From Azolla caroliniana (Eukaryota > Plantae > Polypodiophyta): 64,000 bases of DNA. Shown here in pieces: positions 33,532-46,100 of this stretch. The notes beneath the pieces are model-generated. The model was not told where the DNA came from. It searched no databases and worked only from the letters and a program-made list of their open reading frames with translations. The position numbers and the translations under genes were made by a program. The stretch covers positions 2,232,001 through 2,296,000 of the forward strand of contig JBHGNT010000005.1 in the NCBI GenBank assembly GCA_043228905.1. The letters are read 5' to 3'. Position 1 is the first letter of the stretch. Every line of letters begins with the position of its first letter.

Positions 33532-35015
33532 GTAAGATAGACCCATCCAATCCAATCCAATCCATCCTCCCTCCCTTCCTCTGTTTCTTTGTTTCTTTCT
33601 TTTCTCTCGTCGCCTCATCCTGCTTTCTCTGCCACAAACCCTCGTTGCTTTATAACATTTTTAGATCCCCCTTTTACACGATTTTCTAGCGATCTCTCTT
33701 TCCTTCCTTCCTTCCTTCTTTTTCATTTCTCTGTATATGAGCTGGATTTTTCGTATTTTCCCTTCTAAATTAGTTTCTGTTCATTTTCCGTATTTTGTAA
33801 AAATAAAAATAAAAGACTGTGTTTTCTTAGGGTTTTCCGAAATCTGTTCCAATAATATATATTCGTACTTGAAATAATTGATGAGTTATCAATTTTCTCT
33901 GTTTTTTCTCAGTACCTTCATAGGATGGATTTGATCGGTAAGAGACCAGGAATGTATCCTTGTAGTGCCTTTTTTCCTCAAGGTTAGAAACTAGTCCTTT
34001 AGGAAACTTTTCTTGAGAGAAAGAATCGAAACACAAAAGCAAATAAAAGAACATAGAAAGCCTAAAGGAACTCTGAATTTGTTGTATGTATGAGACTCTA
34101 ATGGCAGCTTTGAAGTGGGCAAACCAACATCTAAAGCTTTAATGGTCTCTGCATTTGATGTGTATTTCTATCTCTAATGATTGATCTAAACTGGTCAAGA
34201 GAATCTCTAACAGCGTTGATGGACTCTGAATTTGATGTGTTTATGGACTCCAGTAATTGATGCATCATTGTGAAGTTCTAGTCTGAGCGTCACAAGAATA
34301 TCTACATGTAAGAAAAGCTCCGAAACATAACCTCTAATGGCAGTGCTAAAATAGGCATTTGTCTTAAATTTTGAGGCTGAAATGAGCACCACAAGAACAG
34401 ATAACTGCCTATTTTATGTGTATATTGTCTCAGTGGAGATGCTATAAACGGGGCATTATTTGTGAATTTCTCAGCTGAACTCGGGTGTAACGTTGAGGAT
34501 CACAAAAATATCTAAAGCTTGGATTAACTTTCAGTTTGATATGTTTATGTTATGGTCTTTTATGTTTATATGCAATAACTTGGGTGTAATTTAGAAAATC
34601 TAAATAGCTAGTTTGATGTTGGTGATTAATTAGGAAGTTGTTGTGAGTGCTATAATTTAATGAAATATACAGGACACCAGAAGCATTTTGTATAATGCTA
34701 AAGTGGGCATTATTGTAAATTAATTTACAGGTCTCAGAAGCATATTTACTTAGTTAAGAAAAGCCCGAAGAAACCCCCCAGCAAATCTGTCATCAATAAT
34801 TGTAGAACAGGTCGGTTTTTTTTCTTTTTTTGCAAAATGTTCCCAAAATTGAGGCCCAAAAGCATGATGCTTCGTTGCAGGGTAAATGTTGATAATTCTC
34901 ATTTAGTTAAAAATGTTCTTTGCAAGGCCATTGGGAACCCTATTTTGAGATGAATAAAATTGAAAACGCACTCTATTTATTGGAGGGGAAATATTTACTT
35001 CTTCTCTTGTTGCAG
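33532..35015 (+). other. Predicted 5' UTR intron of the GAE gene
   Basis: GAG|GTAAGA donor followed by CT-rich sequence. The acceptor cttctcttgttgCAG lies 10 nt before the ATG. Confidence 0.6.
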
Positions 35016-35025
35016 ATTCATAACA

Positions 35026-36345
35026 ATGCCACCATCGGTGGTAGTAGATAACTTTCCTTCAACTCCAGGAAAGGTGAAAGTAGAAAGGAGAAGCTATTTT
35101 GGTGTATTATTACACCACCGATGGCAGTCTTTATGCTTTTCTAACCCATTTGTTTGGGTATCTGGCCTTATTCTTGTAGCAATTGTATTAGTGTTTATTT
35201 CCACCTCTTCAGATGGCTATAAGGCAGTGCAAAGTCGATCTCATTGGGGTGGATCAAAGTGGGAAAATCAAGTTAAGCGATCTTCGCATGTGAAAAAAGA
35301 GGATGGAAAAATAGTATTGGTCACTGGAGCTGCTGGATTTGTAGGGATGCATGTCTCCCTTGCATTGAAGAAAAGAGGTGATGGAGTCGTGGGTCTAGAT
35401 AATTTCAATAACTATTATGATCCTTCTCTGAAGAGAGCTAGGAAGGGCCTTCTTAAGAAGCATGGTATCTTTATTGTGGAAGGGGATATCAACGATGCGA
35501 TGCTGTGGAAGAAGCTTTTCGAGATAGTTTCTTTCACACATGTGATGCATTTGGCTGCTCAGGCTGGAGTTCGATATGCCATCGAGAACCCATCTTCATA
35601 TGTCCATAGTAATATTGCAGGGCTAGTGACATTATTAGAGGCTTGCAAGACAGCTCAGCCTCAGCCAGCTATTATATGGGCATCATCGAGCTCAGTCTAT
35701 GGGCTGAACACCAAAGTTCCTTTCTCAGAGCTTGATAGGACAGATCGTCCAGCTAGTTTGTATGCAGCTACTAAGAAAGCAGGTGAAGAGATAACTCACA
35801 CATATAATCACATCTACGGCCTGTCTATAACTGGTTTGAGGTTTTTCACTGTGTATGGTCCTTGGGGGAGGCCAGATATGGCCTATTTCTCTTTCACACG
35901 AGACATATTGAATGGCAAGCCGATCACGGTTTATCAAGGGCCCCATGGGATGGATTTGGCAAGAGATTTTACCTATATTGATGATGTTGTAAAAGGATGT
36001 GTGGGAGCCCTCGATACAGCTCTGGAGAGCACTGGAACTGGTGGAAAGAAGAAGGGTCCAGCCCAATTTAGGATATTTAACCTTGGGAACACCTCTCCAG
36101 TCACTGTGCTGAAGCTAGTAAGTATATTGGAAAAGCTCTTGAAAGTGAAAGCAATCAAGAATATTGTACAGATGCCAGGTAATGGAGATGTCCCTTTCAC
36201 TCATGCAAATGTTACCCTTGCAAATGTTGCCTTAGGTTACAAACCCACCACGGATCTTCAGACGGGTTTGAAGAAGTTTGTGAAGTGGTATTTGGGTTTC
36301 TATGGAGTGAACCCCAGTGGCATGATGAACATGAACAGATCGTAA
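35026..36345 (+). CDS. GAE: UDP-D-glucuronate 4-epimerase (Golgi type II membrane SDR), 439 aa
   Basis: N-terminal PSTPGKVK, a TM helix, VLVTGAAGFVG, HLAAQAGVRYA, YAATKKAGE and RFFTVYGPWGRPDMAY. Single coding exon. Confidence 0.95.
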   Translation: MPPSVVVDNFPSTPGKVKVERRSYFGVLLHHRWQSLCFSNPFVWVSGLILVAIVLVFISTSSDGYKAVQSRSHWGGSKWENQVKRSSHVKKEDGKIVLVTGAAGFVGMHVSLALKKRGDGVVGLDNFNNYYDPSLKRARKGLLKKHGIFIVEGDINDAMLWKKLFEIVSFTHVMHLAAQAGVRYAIENPSSYVHSNIAGLVTLLEACKTAQPQPAIIWASSSSVYGLNTKVPFSELDRTDRPASLYAATKKAGEEITHTYNHIYGLSITGLRFFTVYGPWGRPDMAYFSFTRDILNGKPITVYQGPHGMDLARDFTYIDDVVKGCVGALDTALESTGTGGKKKGPAQFRIFNLGNTSPVTVLKLVSILEKLLKVKAIKNIVQMPGNGDVPFTHANVTLANVALGYKPTTDLQTGLKKFVKWYLGFYGVNPSGMMNMNRS

Positions 36346-39232
36346 GTGTTAAGGATATGTTTTTCGTTGTCATGGCGGTGGTGGTTATTGGGGTTTTCTC
36401 GTGATGTGTATCCCTTTGTAAAATTCCATTATAAAACTTTCCAGTCAAGAGATCTATAACGAGAGAAAAAGGCGACCTCAGTAGTCTGGTGGTGAGTTTG
36501 ATTGTCGGTATTGTACTTTTAAGCCGTAACTCTGTGCTGGCTGATCTTTGTGGTGATGAACTTTTGAAGGTTCTAAAGGTGGGCTTCATGAAAAAAAGAG
36601 TGAAAGCCTTCACCATTCTGATTTTGTTTGGACCCTTTTATTCAACTGTATCTCCTGATCGGGAATGTTTTTTTACAATGTACAAAAATCGGAAAGACAC
36701 TTGAGCTTAACAAGCCATTTATACATTTTAATGTGTGAAATTGATAATGTCACTTGCTGATTTTCATTGATGCCCTGAACACCTTAATGAATGCTTGTTA
36801 AGGTTTCAACTCTTGTGAAATTTCTGCTGGACGGAAAAGTCCGAATGATGCTAGAGTGTGTTGTTTGAGTGCCCTTCTTGGTGTATGAATAGCCATTACA
36901 TCAGCCTTGAAAATTTTGTTCATGATGTATGAAATGAAATTTTCAAGCCTTGTAAATGAAATCATAAGTAGGTGTGATAAAACCACCACAATCTTGCCAT
37001 CTGTGTTCTTTTTGTGCATTCGTTTCCTTACAATGCTGTAACTTGTATACGCTATGTGTGCGTGCAATAGTGATGTGTTATGACGCAATGTTTAACTGTC
37101 ATTGCTGCATTAATGTGTATATCACCACCAAGCCACACTAGCAAGCATATGGAATGTTCATAGTCAAGGCGGAAATGAAAGCATTAATCTCAAATCAATT
37201 AAATTTTGGAAATAGCTCTTATACGTATATATATTTAATCCTTGAGATTTATCTCAATCCATTTGAACAACCATTCTTTACTCTGATAAATCCCTTCTAT
37301 TGTGCACATACTTAAATTACTCCTCAGATTGAACAAGTGCCTTTTGAGAATAAATACAACACACATTGTGATGGTGTGTCAAATTTTATTATTGTTGTGG
37401 AGGTAAAATGCTTCATATAAAATGGTTAGCTATAATAGCATGCGTGAATATAAGACATGTCATCATGTCATATGTTATAACTTATAACTACATAATGGAA
37501 GGAGTTTTCTATTTGGAAAAAAAGAAGACATGTCATATGATATTTAATGTAGTTAACAATATGTACATTGAACACTTATTGCAATAGTTAAATATTGCAA
37601 TATATTAAGCAATTATGAAGTAATGAACCAAGGTATTTTGCTTTCAATATCAAGTATTCATTGAAATGTTTTTAGAAGGTTGAATCATAGTAAGGCTCGT
37701 CCATCATCAAACCAAATAAGTTTCACACACTGCAAGTTTTGAAGCAATATAATGAATTGGAAATTTCTTGTCTAGATGAAATCTATGGCAATACAAAGTT
37801 ACAACATTGACGACCTTTATTTTCAACAATTCCAATGAATCGTTATTAGGTTTGTCCTTTTGTTGTCCATTAAGGTAGAGGGCAAAATCCATGTATGTAT
37901 ATAATTTTATCCAAGATGCATGTTCTAGTTTTGGGATTGAACGAGAATAAATATTATCATGAATATACACTCTAATATTTACACATACCTCTCTAATACA
38001 TATTTTTACAAATTATGAAGTTGTATGTGAAAAACACTATGGTACCACTGTTGAGTGGTGTTGTCATTAGATGTGTTGTGGGAAATGCTACAACACCAAT
38101 AGGTGAGACAAACACTCCATTTTGAAAAGAATTCTAACTCAATAGACAAAAAACTATGACATCAATACTCCCTTCTTACTTTCGTATGTATGCTATGACT
38201 CAATGCCTACATGCTACCATCAAATACAAAAGCATTGCCCATATCCCAATCAGGATGCAATCCCCAATATCACAGACCCCTCACTATTAACACTGCCAAT
38301 TGCTTTCCCTTTCTCTCAATAAGACCAATTTCTTTTGAATCAATTTGGTAAGTTGGCCAATTGTTTTCAAATGAGAACCAATCAAATTCATTATATTACT
38401 AGTTTAGACAATTACTTAGACATGAGTAAGTTATGAACTCATGTTATAAAGAAGCTAGTAAAACAATCACATAACAAAAAAAAATGTAAGGTATGTGTTG
38501 ATAGTTTTGAGAAAGTTGAGGATAGTTCGTTATGATGCTTAAAAGTATTTTACGGTTTTCCCTAAATAATACAAACTTCTGTGAAACCATGTTTTAGTAC
38601 ATATATGCTTGAATAAAATCTGTGCTTATTTGTAAAACCCTAAAAACTGTTTCTAGTCTTACAAACTCTAGGAGACCAAAACAAATCTTGTTTGTTACAA
38701 ATTCACCTCAACGTTATTGTTGTGTGTCTACATTTGTCCATCCATACATATCGGTTTGCAACATAATACTAGCCAACACATGCATTATATCGTTTGATAT
38801 AAGGCACCATAGTTTCAACTTTGGCCATGTGCGTGTCAATATAAGGGAGTAACAATTATGGGGACTAGCTCCTAAGGCTAGGTTTTGACACCCAAAAGGC
38901 AAAAGGGTAACATCCCTACATAGCATTTAGTTATTGGCAAAGAAGAATCCAACTTCAAGAAAATAGAGGATCACATGAAATCAAAGAAGCTTAACGATAT
39001 TCCTAACAACCACATGGAAATCAACGACTTCCTTCTATTCCATCTCTAAATTTGGCAGTGGCACGAAACTAGAAGTAGAAGTATGATCTCAATCCTTGAG
39101 CTATCGACTTATAAGAATGTCATGAAGCATCATAAAATTTTGTTTTTTTTTGCGTGGTATTCCCAAGGTGTACAAACGACAAAGGGGTCAAAGCAGATTT
39201 ACAGGAGGCAACCATAAGGTTTGTGGGGTCAG

Positions 39233-39563
39233 AGGCGATACGGAAAAAGAACGTCGGCCACAGATGGCGGTCAACTTTTCACCCACGACGATAACACTAG
39301 CGAGAAGGTTCAACGGTCTTTTAGTACAAGCCTTTTAGAGTAAGCTTGACCTGACTTGACTTGACACAGGAGAACGAGGGCGAGGCGAGGCCAAGCAAGG
39401 GTAAAGCTTGTGGGCAAGGCCGATACGGAAAAGAACGTTGGCCACACATGGCGGTCGACCTTTCACCCACGATATATAACACTAGCGAGAAGGTTCGGCG
39501 GTCTTTCTTATTACAAGCCTTTTAGAGTAAGCTTGGCTTGACTTGACTTGACTTGACTTTGAC
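39233..39563. repeat. Imperfect direct duplication (~135 bp) just upstream of LeuRS
   Basis: 39233-39366 versus 39418-39563. Both copies end in (GACTT)n. Confidence 0.85.
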
Positions 39564-39678
39564 ATTGGAGGCCAAGACTGGCAAGGGTTTTGTATCACAC
39601 ACACACACACACACACACAGAGAAAAAAAGACAGACAAAATTAGATTACATATAAAAAAGAAAGAGGAAGGCCTTTTC

Positions 39679-42600
39679 ATGAAAACCCTGAAATTCCCCT
39701 CCTGCCGCCTCTTCTCGATCTCTGCTGCCCTCTCCTCTTCTGGATCTCTGCTGCCCAAGAGCCGGCGAGCCATGGCCAGCGCTGCTGCTGCTGCTCAAGA
39801 CACCACCACCAAGAGCTTCGCCAGGCGAGACGAACTCCTTCGCATCCAAGAGGAAGCTCAGGCCAAGTGGGCCAAGTCTCAAGTCTTTCAGATCGATGCC
39901 CCACCCCTGCCCGGCCCTAGCACCCACAAATTCTTTGGTAATTTTCCTTACCCTTACATGAACGGTGCTCTCCATGTGGGCCATGCATTCTCCTTCTCCA
40001 AGCTCGAGTTTGCATCCGCATTCTATCGTCTCAAAGGTCGCAATGTTCTTCTCCCTTTCGGATTCCATTGCACTGGGATGCCGATCAAGGCGTGTGCAGA
40101 TAAGCTCGATCGCGAGATTTCCCGATTCGGTAACCCTCCATGTTTCCCACAGGAGAAAGAACTAGAAACCGCAGGACTGAATGATGCCGTCGACGCCACG
40201 CCACTGGAAGCAGGCTCTCTCAAGGCCGAGCCAGAAAAATTCAAAAGCAAGAAGTCGAAAGCTCAAGCTAAAACGGGCGTTGAGGTTTATCAATGGAAGA
40301 TCATGTCTTCTCTTGGGATCTCGGAGGAAGAGATTCCAAAGTTCCGGGACCCTGCCTATTGGTTGAACTATTTCCCTGCAGTCGCTATGGATGATTTAAA
40401 AGCCTTCGGTGGGGGTATAGATTGGAGAAGATCATTCATCACCACGAATTTGAATCCTTTCTATGATTCCTTTGTAAAATGGCAATTTCGGCTACTCAAA
40501 AGCCAAGGGAAAGTTGTGAAAGATTTGAGGTATGCTATCTATTCACCACTTGATGGTCAACCATGTGCTGACCATGACAGGGCTTCTGGAGAAGGAGTTC
40601 AACCACAAGAATATACCCTCATTAAACTTAGAGTAAAGCCACCATTCTCAGGTAAGTTAGAGTGTTTGAATGGAAAAAATGTGTTCTTGGCAGCGGCCAC
40701 ATTGCGTCCAGAAACCATGTATGGTCAGACCAATGCGTGGGTTTTGCCGGATGGAGAATATGGTGCTTATGAGGTCAATGAAAGTGATGTATTTGTGGTT
40801 ACTAGCCGAGCTGCGAGAAACATGGCTTTTCAATTCTTGTCTAAACTGCCTGATAATCCCACGTGTTTGATCAATCTTTTGGGTCGGGATTTAATTGGCT
40901 TGCCTCTCATTGCCCCACTTTCTTTAAACGAGGTTGTTTACGCTCTTCCAATGATGTCTATCCTTACTGATAAAGGAACGGGTATAGTTACAAGTGTCCC
41001 TAGCGACTCACCCGATGATTACATGGCTCTCTCTGATTTAAAAAGCAAGCCTGCTCTCCGTGCTAAATATGGTATTAAAGATGAGTGGGTCCTCCCATTT
41101 GAAGTCATCCCTATCATAAACATTCCAGATATAGGTGATAAATCAGCTGAGGTTGTATGCATAGATCTGAAGATAAAGAGCCAAAATGATAAAGAACTTT
41201 TGGCCGAGGCGAAAAGGCGGACATATTTGAAAGGATTTACAGATGGTGTGATGCTTGTGGGCGAACATAAAGGCCAAAGAGTTCAAGATGCGAAGCCATT
41301 GATCAGAGAAATGCTCTTACAAACTGGATTGGCCGTGAAATATAGTGAACCAGAAAGCAAAGTCATGTCGCGATCTGGGGATGAATGCGTCGTTGCATTG
41401 ACAGACCAATGGTATCTTATTTATGGTGAAGCTGAATGGAAATCTAGAACTGAAGAATGTTTATCAATGATGGAAGTTTATAATGATGAAACTAGACATG
41501 GATTTGAACACACACTTGGATGGCTTAATCAGTGGGCATGTTCTCGATCCTTTGGCTTGGGTACTCGGATTCCTTGGGACGAACAATTTCTTATAGAGTC
41601 TCTCTCTGACTCTACAATTTATATGGCCTACTATTCAGTTGCCCATATCTTGCAAGAGGGTGATATCTACGGGCAGAAAAAAGATGGTATCAAAGCTGAG
41701 CACTTAACTGATGACGTTTGGAATTATATATTCCTTGATGGACCCCTCCCAATGACTGAGATCCCTGAGAATAAGCTGAAGCAGATGAAACGAGAGTTCG
41801 AGTATTGGTATCCTTTTGATATCCGAGTTTCAGGTAAGGACTTGATCCAGAATCATCTTACCTTCTGCTTATACAATCATACTGCAATATTCCCAAAGGA
41901 GAAATGGCCGAGAGCTGTAAGATGCAATGGCTTCTTGATGCTCAACTCACAGAAGATGTCTAAATCAACTGGAAATTTCCTCACATTGAGGCAAGCCATA
42001 GAAGAGTTCTCAGCTGATGCTACTAGGTTTGCATTAGCTGATGCAGGAGATCTAATGGATGATGCAAACTTTGTTTTTGACACGGCAAATGCTGCGATTC
42101 TTCGATTAACTAAAGAGATCACGTGGATGAAGGAAGTTATAGCAGCAGAAAGCTCACTGAGAGGTGGACCTCCTACTTTCTTTGCTGATAAGGTCTTTGA
42201 GAATGAGATCAACATAGCAGTCCATGTAACAGAGCAAAATTATGAATCGATGATGTTCAGAGAAGCACTTAAAACAGGTTTCTATGATTTGCAAACAGCG
42301 CGAGATGAATATCGTCTTTCTTGTAGCTCGGCTGGGATGAATAGAGATCTTATCTTTAGGTTTATGGATGTGCAAACAAGGCTTTTAACACCTGTTTGTC
42401 CTCACTATGCTGAGCATGTATGGTCATCTATCCTTGGAAGAGAAGGTTTCGCAATCCGAGCTGGTTGGCCAGCAGCCCATCCTGCTGATTTTACATTACA
42501 ACGGGCCAACCAATATCTACAAGAAACTATTGTTCTTTTCCGAAAGCTCCTCCAAAAGCAGTCAGTCTCTAAAAAGGGAAGAGCTACTGTCGCAATCGAA

Positions 42601-43107
42601 AATAAGCCTACTGTTGGCCTCATATATGTTGCCGAGAGATATGATGGATGGAAGGAAGAATGCTTGCAGGTTTTGAAGCAAAACTTTGATAGTGAGACCA
42701 AAACCTTTGCTCAAGATTCGGAGATAATGGATGCATTACAGAAGACATCAGTGGGAAATATAGGTGATCTAAAGCAGATTAAGAAGGTCTGTGCTTCTTT
42801 TTTGAAGTTTAAGAAGGATGAAGCTCGTTTGGTGGGTGCTCGAGCTCTTGATGTGAAACTACCATTTGGTGAAATGCAAGTTCTTATCGAGAATGTGGAC
42901 CTTATCAAGAAGCAACTGAACCTAGATGAACTTTATGTCTATTCTTTTATGGATGCTGAAGCTCTTCGTAGAACAGGATCCCGTATCTCTGTTTTGAATC
43001 AATCTCCACCATCACCTGGAAACCCTGTTGCAATCTTTCTCACTCACAATGATATTCCGAGTGAAGAAGAGTTGGGAAATGGGGTTGATCGAGTACAGAT
43101 TCGCTGA
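39679..43107 (+). CDS. LARS: Leucyl-tRNA synthetase, cytosolic (eukaryote/archaeal) type, intronless; in-frame ATGs at 39679 and 39772
   Basis: FPYPYMNGALHVGH (HIGH motif), PFGFHCTG, editing domain ATLRPETMYGQTN and KGTGIVTSVPSDSPDD, GKDLIQNHL and KMSKSTGNF. Confidence 0.97.
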   Translation: MKTLKFPSCRLFSISAALSSSGSLLPKSRRAMASAAAAAQDTTTKSFARRDELLRIQEEAQAKWAKSQVFQIDAPPLPGPSTHKFFGNFPYPYMNGALHVGHAFSFSKLEFASAFYRLKGRNVLLPFGFHCTGMPIKACADKLDREISRFGNPPCFPQEKELETAGLNDAVDATPLEAGSLKAEPEKFKSKKSKAQAKTGVEVYQWKIMSSLGISEEEIPKFRDPAYWLNYFPAVAMDDLKAFGGGIDWRRSFITTNLNPFYDSFVKWQFRLLKSQGKVVKDLRYAIYSPLDGQPCADHDRASGEGVQPQEYTLIKLRVKPPFSGKLECLNGKNVFLAAATLRPETMYGQTNAWVLPDGEYGAYEVNESDVFVVTSRAARNMAFQFLSKLPDNPTCLINLLGRDLIGLPLIAPLSLNEVVYALPMMSILTDKGTGIVTSVPSDSPDDYMALSDLKSKPALRAKYGIKDEWVLPFEVIPIINIPDIGDKSAEVVCIDLKIKSQNDKELLAEAKRRTYLKGFTDGVMLVGEHKGQRVQDAKPLIREMLLQTGLAVKYSEPESKVMSRSGDECVVALTDQWYLIYGEAEWKSRTEECLSMMEVYNDETRHGFEHTLGWLNQWACSRSFGLGTRIPWDEQFLIESLSDSTIYMAYYSVAHILQEGDIYGQKKDGIKAEHLTDDVWNYIFLDGPLPMTEIPENKLKQMKREFEYWYPFDIRVSGKDLIQNHLTFCLYNHTAIFPKEKWPRAVRCNGFLMLNSQKMSKSTGNFLTLRQAIEEFSADATRFALADAGDLMDDANFVFDTANAAILRLTKEITWMKEVIAAESSLRGGPPTFFADKVFENEINIAVHVTEQNYESMMFREALKTGFYDLQTARDEYRLSCSSAGMNRDLIFRFMDVQTRLLTPVCPHYAEHVWSSILGREGFAIRAGWPAAHPADFTLQRANQYLQETIVLFRKLLQKQSVSKKGRATVAIENKPTVGLIYVAERYDGWKEECLQVLKQNFDSETKTFAQDSEIMDALQKTSVGNIGDLKQIKKVCASFLKFKKDEARLVGARALDVKLPFGEMQVLIENVDLIKKQLNLDELYVYSFMDAEALRRTGSRISVLNQSPPSPGNPVAIFLTHNDIPSEEELGNGVDRVQIR

Positions 43108-46100
43108 GGCTTTTCCAATCAAACCTAAAAAAGAGCAACCGATTTTGTTATTCAGTTTATTTCCTTTTTTCGGATATTTCATTTTTGGTTGAGCAAGGGT
43201 TGTAATGTGGCTTAACAAAATCTCAGATACATAATCATTGTTTATTGATTTACATTCCCACACACAATGAGAAAGAACTTTTTTAATGTGTTTATCTATA
43301 TATTTTCATTGAAATGCTCACTCCTTTTGCTTTTTTATTTGAAAATGGTTTCGTCAATCTTCAAAACTCAGTAGTTCTCATATGTTTTATGCACTTGTAT
43401 ATAGTCTCTTTGCTATCATGAAATTTCATGGTATTTCTTTGACAAATTTGTTAACATCTTGGTATCATATTGTATTTTTTCGTTTGTTTCTTTTAGCTCG
43501 TTTAACTTATGCACATGGTCAATCCGACTCAAAACGTATGGGATGGGTTTGCACAAGCCAAGGATTAAGATTTATGGACTTGAGTGGAGAGTGGGTTTGT
43601 CAAACATGTCTGTGTTGGGCTTTTAATTTCATGTATAATATTAATCTGTATTTTCTATTTGCATTTGATTTTTGTTTTTATGCTGAAATATTTCACGGAT
43701 TAAGAATTATGGACTTGAATGGAAAGAGGGCATTTAGAGTAGTTCGTTGTATAATATTAATCAATATCCTCCATATGTATTTTATTTTTTTGTTTTTATG
43801 CTGAAGTATTTCAGGAATTTCTCGTTAGAGTTCTCAGAAATCTAGCCATCTAAATTTGTCTCATTCCATAATAGCATGCAGTGAGACAAAGAAAACACAG
43901 TTCAGTAAAAGCAAATCTCATACCATAGCACAATAAGCCAATGGATGGAGATACTTTAGGCTTTAGGTTAACAAACAGTTTGAACATCATGTAGTTTATA
44001 GAAGGATGAACAACAAGATTTTATTGGAAAATCATGTTGTTTTCAAACTTCTAATTAGGTTTTTGTTAGCGTGCAAAATCATAATTGGGAACCTTACACA
44101 ATGACATAAATGTAAGCTAAAATATTTTTGAAGCACAATGAAATAATGGAATATACATTATTAGATCTAAAGATGGCAATGTATAAGAATTTTTAGCCTA
44201 CAATCTACTCTTGAGCAAGGAAAACTTGGGAATGCATAATAATTTTCAGCCTACAATCTACTCATGAGTGAGGAAGGCTTCACTACGTCTAGCATAGAAT
44301 AGCCCAACAACACAAAGAACATGATGACTCAAGTTGTTGGCGCCAACATTAACTTGCAGAGTTATTACCATAAATTGATTCAACTCAAATGCTCTAACAT
44401 TCCAAGACTATTCCTTTGCAAGTTTGTCATAATGCATTACGAGCATTCTATTTGGTTGGTCTTTGAAAGACGGGAGGGAAGTCATTGCAACCTCAAACTG
44501 CCCCAGTGTAAATAAGCGAAGATAATTATGCATTTTGTCTTATGCAAGTTCTCCATACTCAAACAATTGTTAATTTGAATAGTGTCATCCATAATGAGTT
44601 GACACACACCAATCCTTTACCTCCACATGTCTTGTCCTTTTGTTGAACATACTAGATTCTTTGCAATCAGTATGCACCTACAACTACCACATTTTATTTG
44701 CCGTTATGAATGGTTCGACTTCTTTTTAGATGTGACTGAGGCCATAATTTCACATTAAGAAAGGCACAACCTTATATCCTCCAATTTCACACTCAATAGT
44801 GAGATTGTTCTGTTCATTAGGTTCATCCAGAATATCTTTAATAATCCATACCTACTTTTGGATATGAACATGCCGAAGAAGTTTCCATTAATAATTGTGT
44901 GTGAAGTAGCATCCCTAAGTTTGGTTCCCCCATGGAAGCAACATTCTTAGGGGTGCTACTTCACATCATGCATCACACTATAAATTGTTGAAAATACAAA
45001 TACACCCAACTATTTCTTGTAGGTTCAAGAAAATATTTTGAACCACAAGCTAAAATAAAGTTATTAGACTTTGACACTTTACCCCATCCCAGTTTTTACT
45101 TCTCGTCTCCATTAGCTTCAATTAACTTCCATCAACATGGAACCTAATTTGCATTCCTCCATCCTCACATTTTGTGAATTAAGTGATCATACTTGCTTGA
45201 TATGAATGCCAAAATCTCCATCCCTATGATATACCTCTAGCCCTAGATAGAATTCGACAAGCCTATATACATCATCACCTTCGATTTTGACATAAAGAAA
45301 AACATCCACTTTGCCCTCTAAGTGAAACTCATCCGACATCGATCCATTTGTAACTTGCCGTTTGTGCATGCATAATCTCATATAAAGCTTTTAGGGGATC
45401 CTTTGGTTCAATTATGCTTTTCTCATGCAATGACAATATGTATCATGAGTGACATTCTCTTGATGACACAACACAAGGATGCCTTGTATATCCCCCAAAC
45501 ATTTTGTGCACTACTTAGATATGATGCCCTAATGACTTATGAATATCTTTAGTTGTTAAGGTTGCTTGAACAAAGTAGTAACTTTATGGATCTTATCACA
45601 TTTAAGTTATCATGATTGTTTAAGTAGACGACAAAGAGTAAATAAAGGGTATGTGTGTGTGACTTTGAGCAAATATCCAACGAATTGTAGTCATCATTCA
45701 TATAATAAATTGTATTATATTTGTGACAGTCAACTCCCCCATTAATATTATGTATTGAGTGTTGTATTTAAGTTGTTTAAAGTAATTATGTGAGTATATT
45801 GCATGATTTTTTATTAAACGTGTGTATTTCTTGCCTCGAAGTTGGCCTTCTATCAACCTCTAGTGACCACCTCAACGTCCACAAGAACCAATCTTTGTGC
45901 CTATGCCATCACGACTGGCTTGCCATAGAAGTTAGACTAGTTGGCCTCACTATATTGATACGTGATGGACTTGGAGTGAGTAAACCACTCAATGTATCGT
46001 TAAACACAAACATATGATATATAATATATGTAATATATACTACATATAATATACTAGAGAGAGAATGTATGATATATGTAACAGAGAGATTAGTGAGATG

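Noticed and set aside
34960-35025. N-terminal extension of GAE in the ORF track
   Set aside because: It starts at a non-ATG codon and crosses a splice acceptor at 35015. The conserved start is ATG 35026.
39553-39678. Further N-terminal extension of LeuRS
   Set aside because: Non-ATG start running through a (CA)n microsatellite.
39679-43107. Intronless LeuRS as a retrocopy or horizontal transfer
   Set aside because: No poly(A) tail or TSD was seen, the sequence is a typical plant cytosolic type, and plant orthologues are, as I recall, intron-poor.
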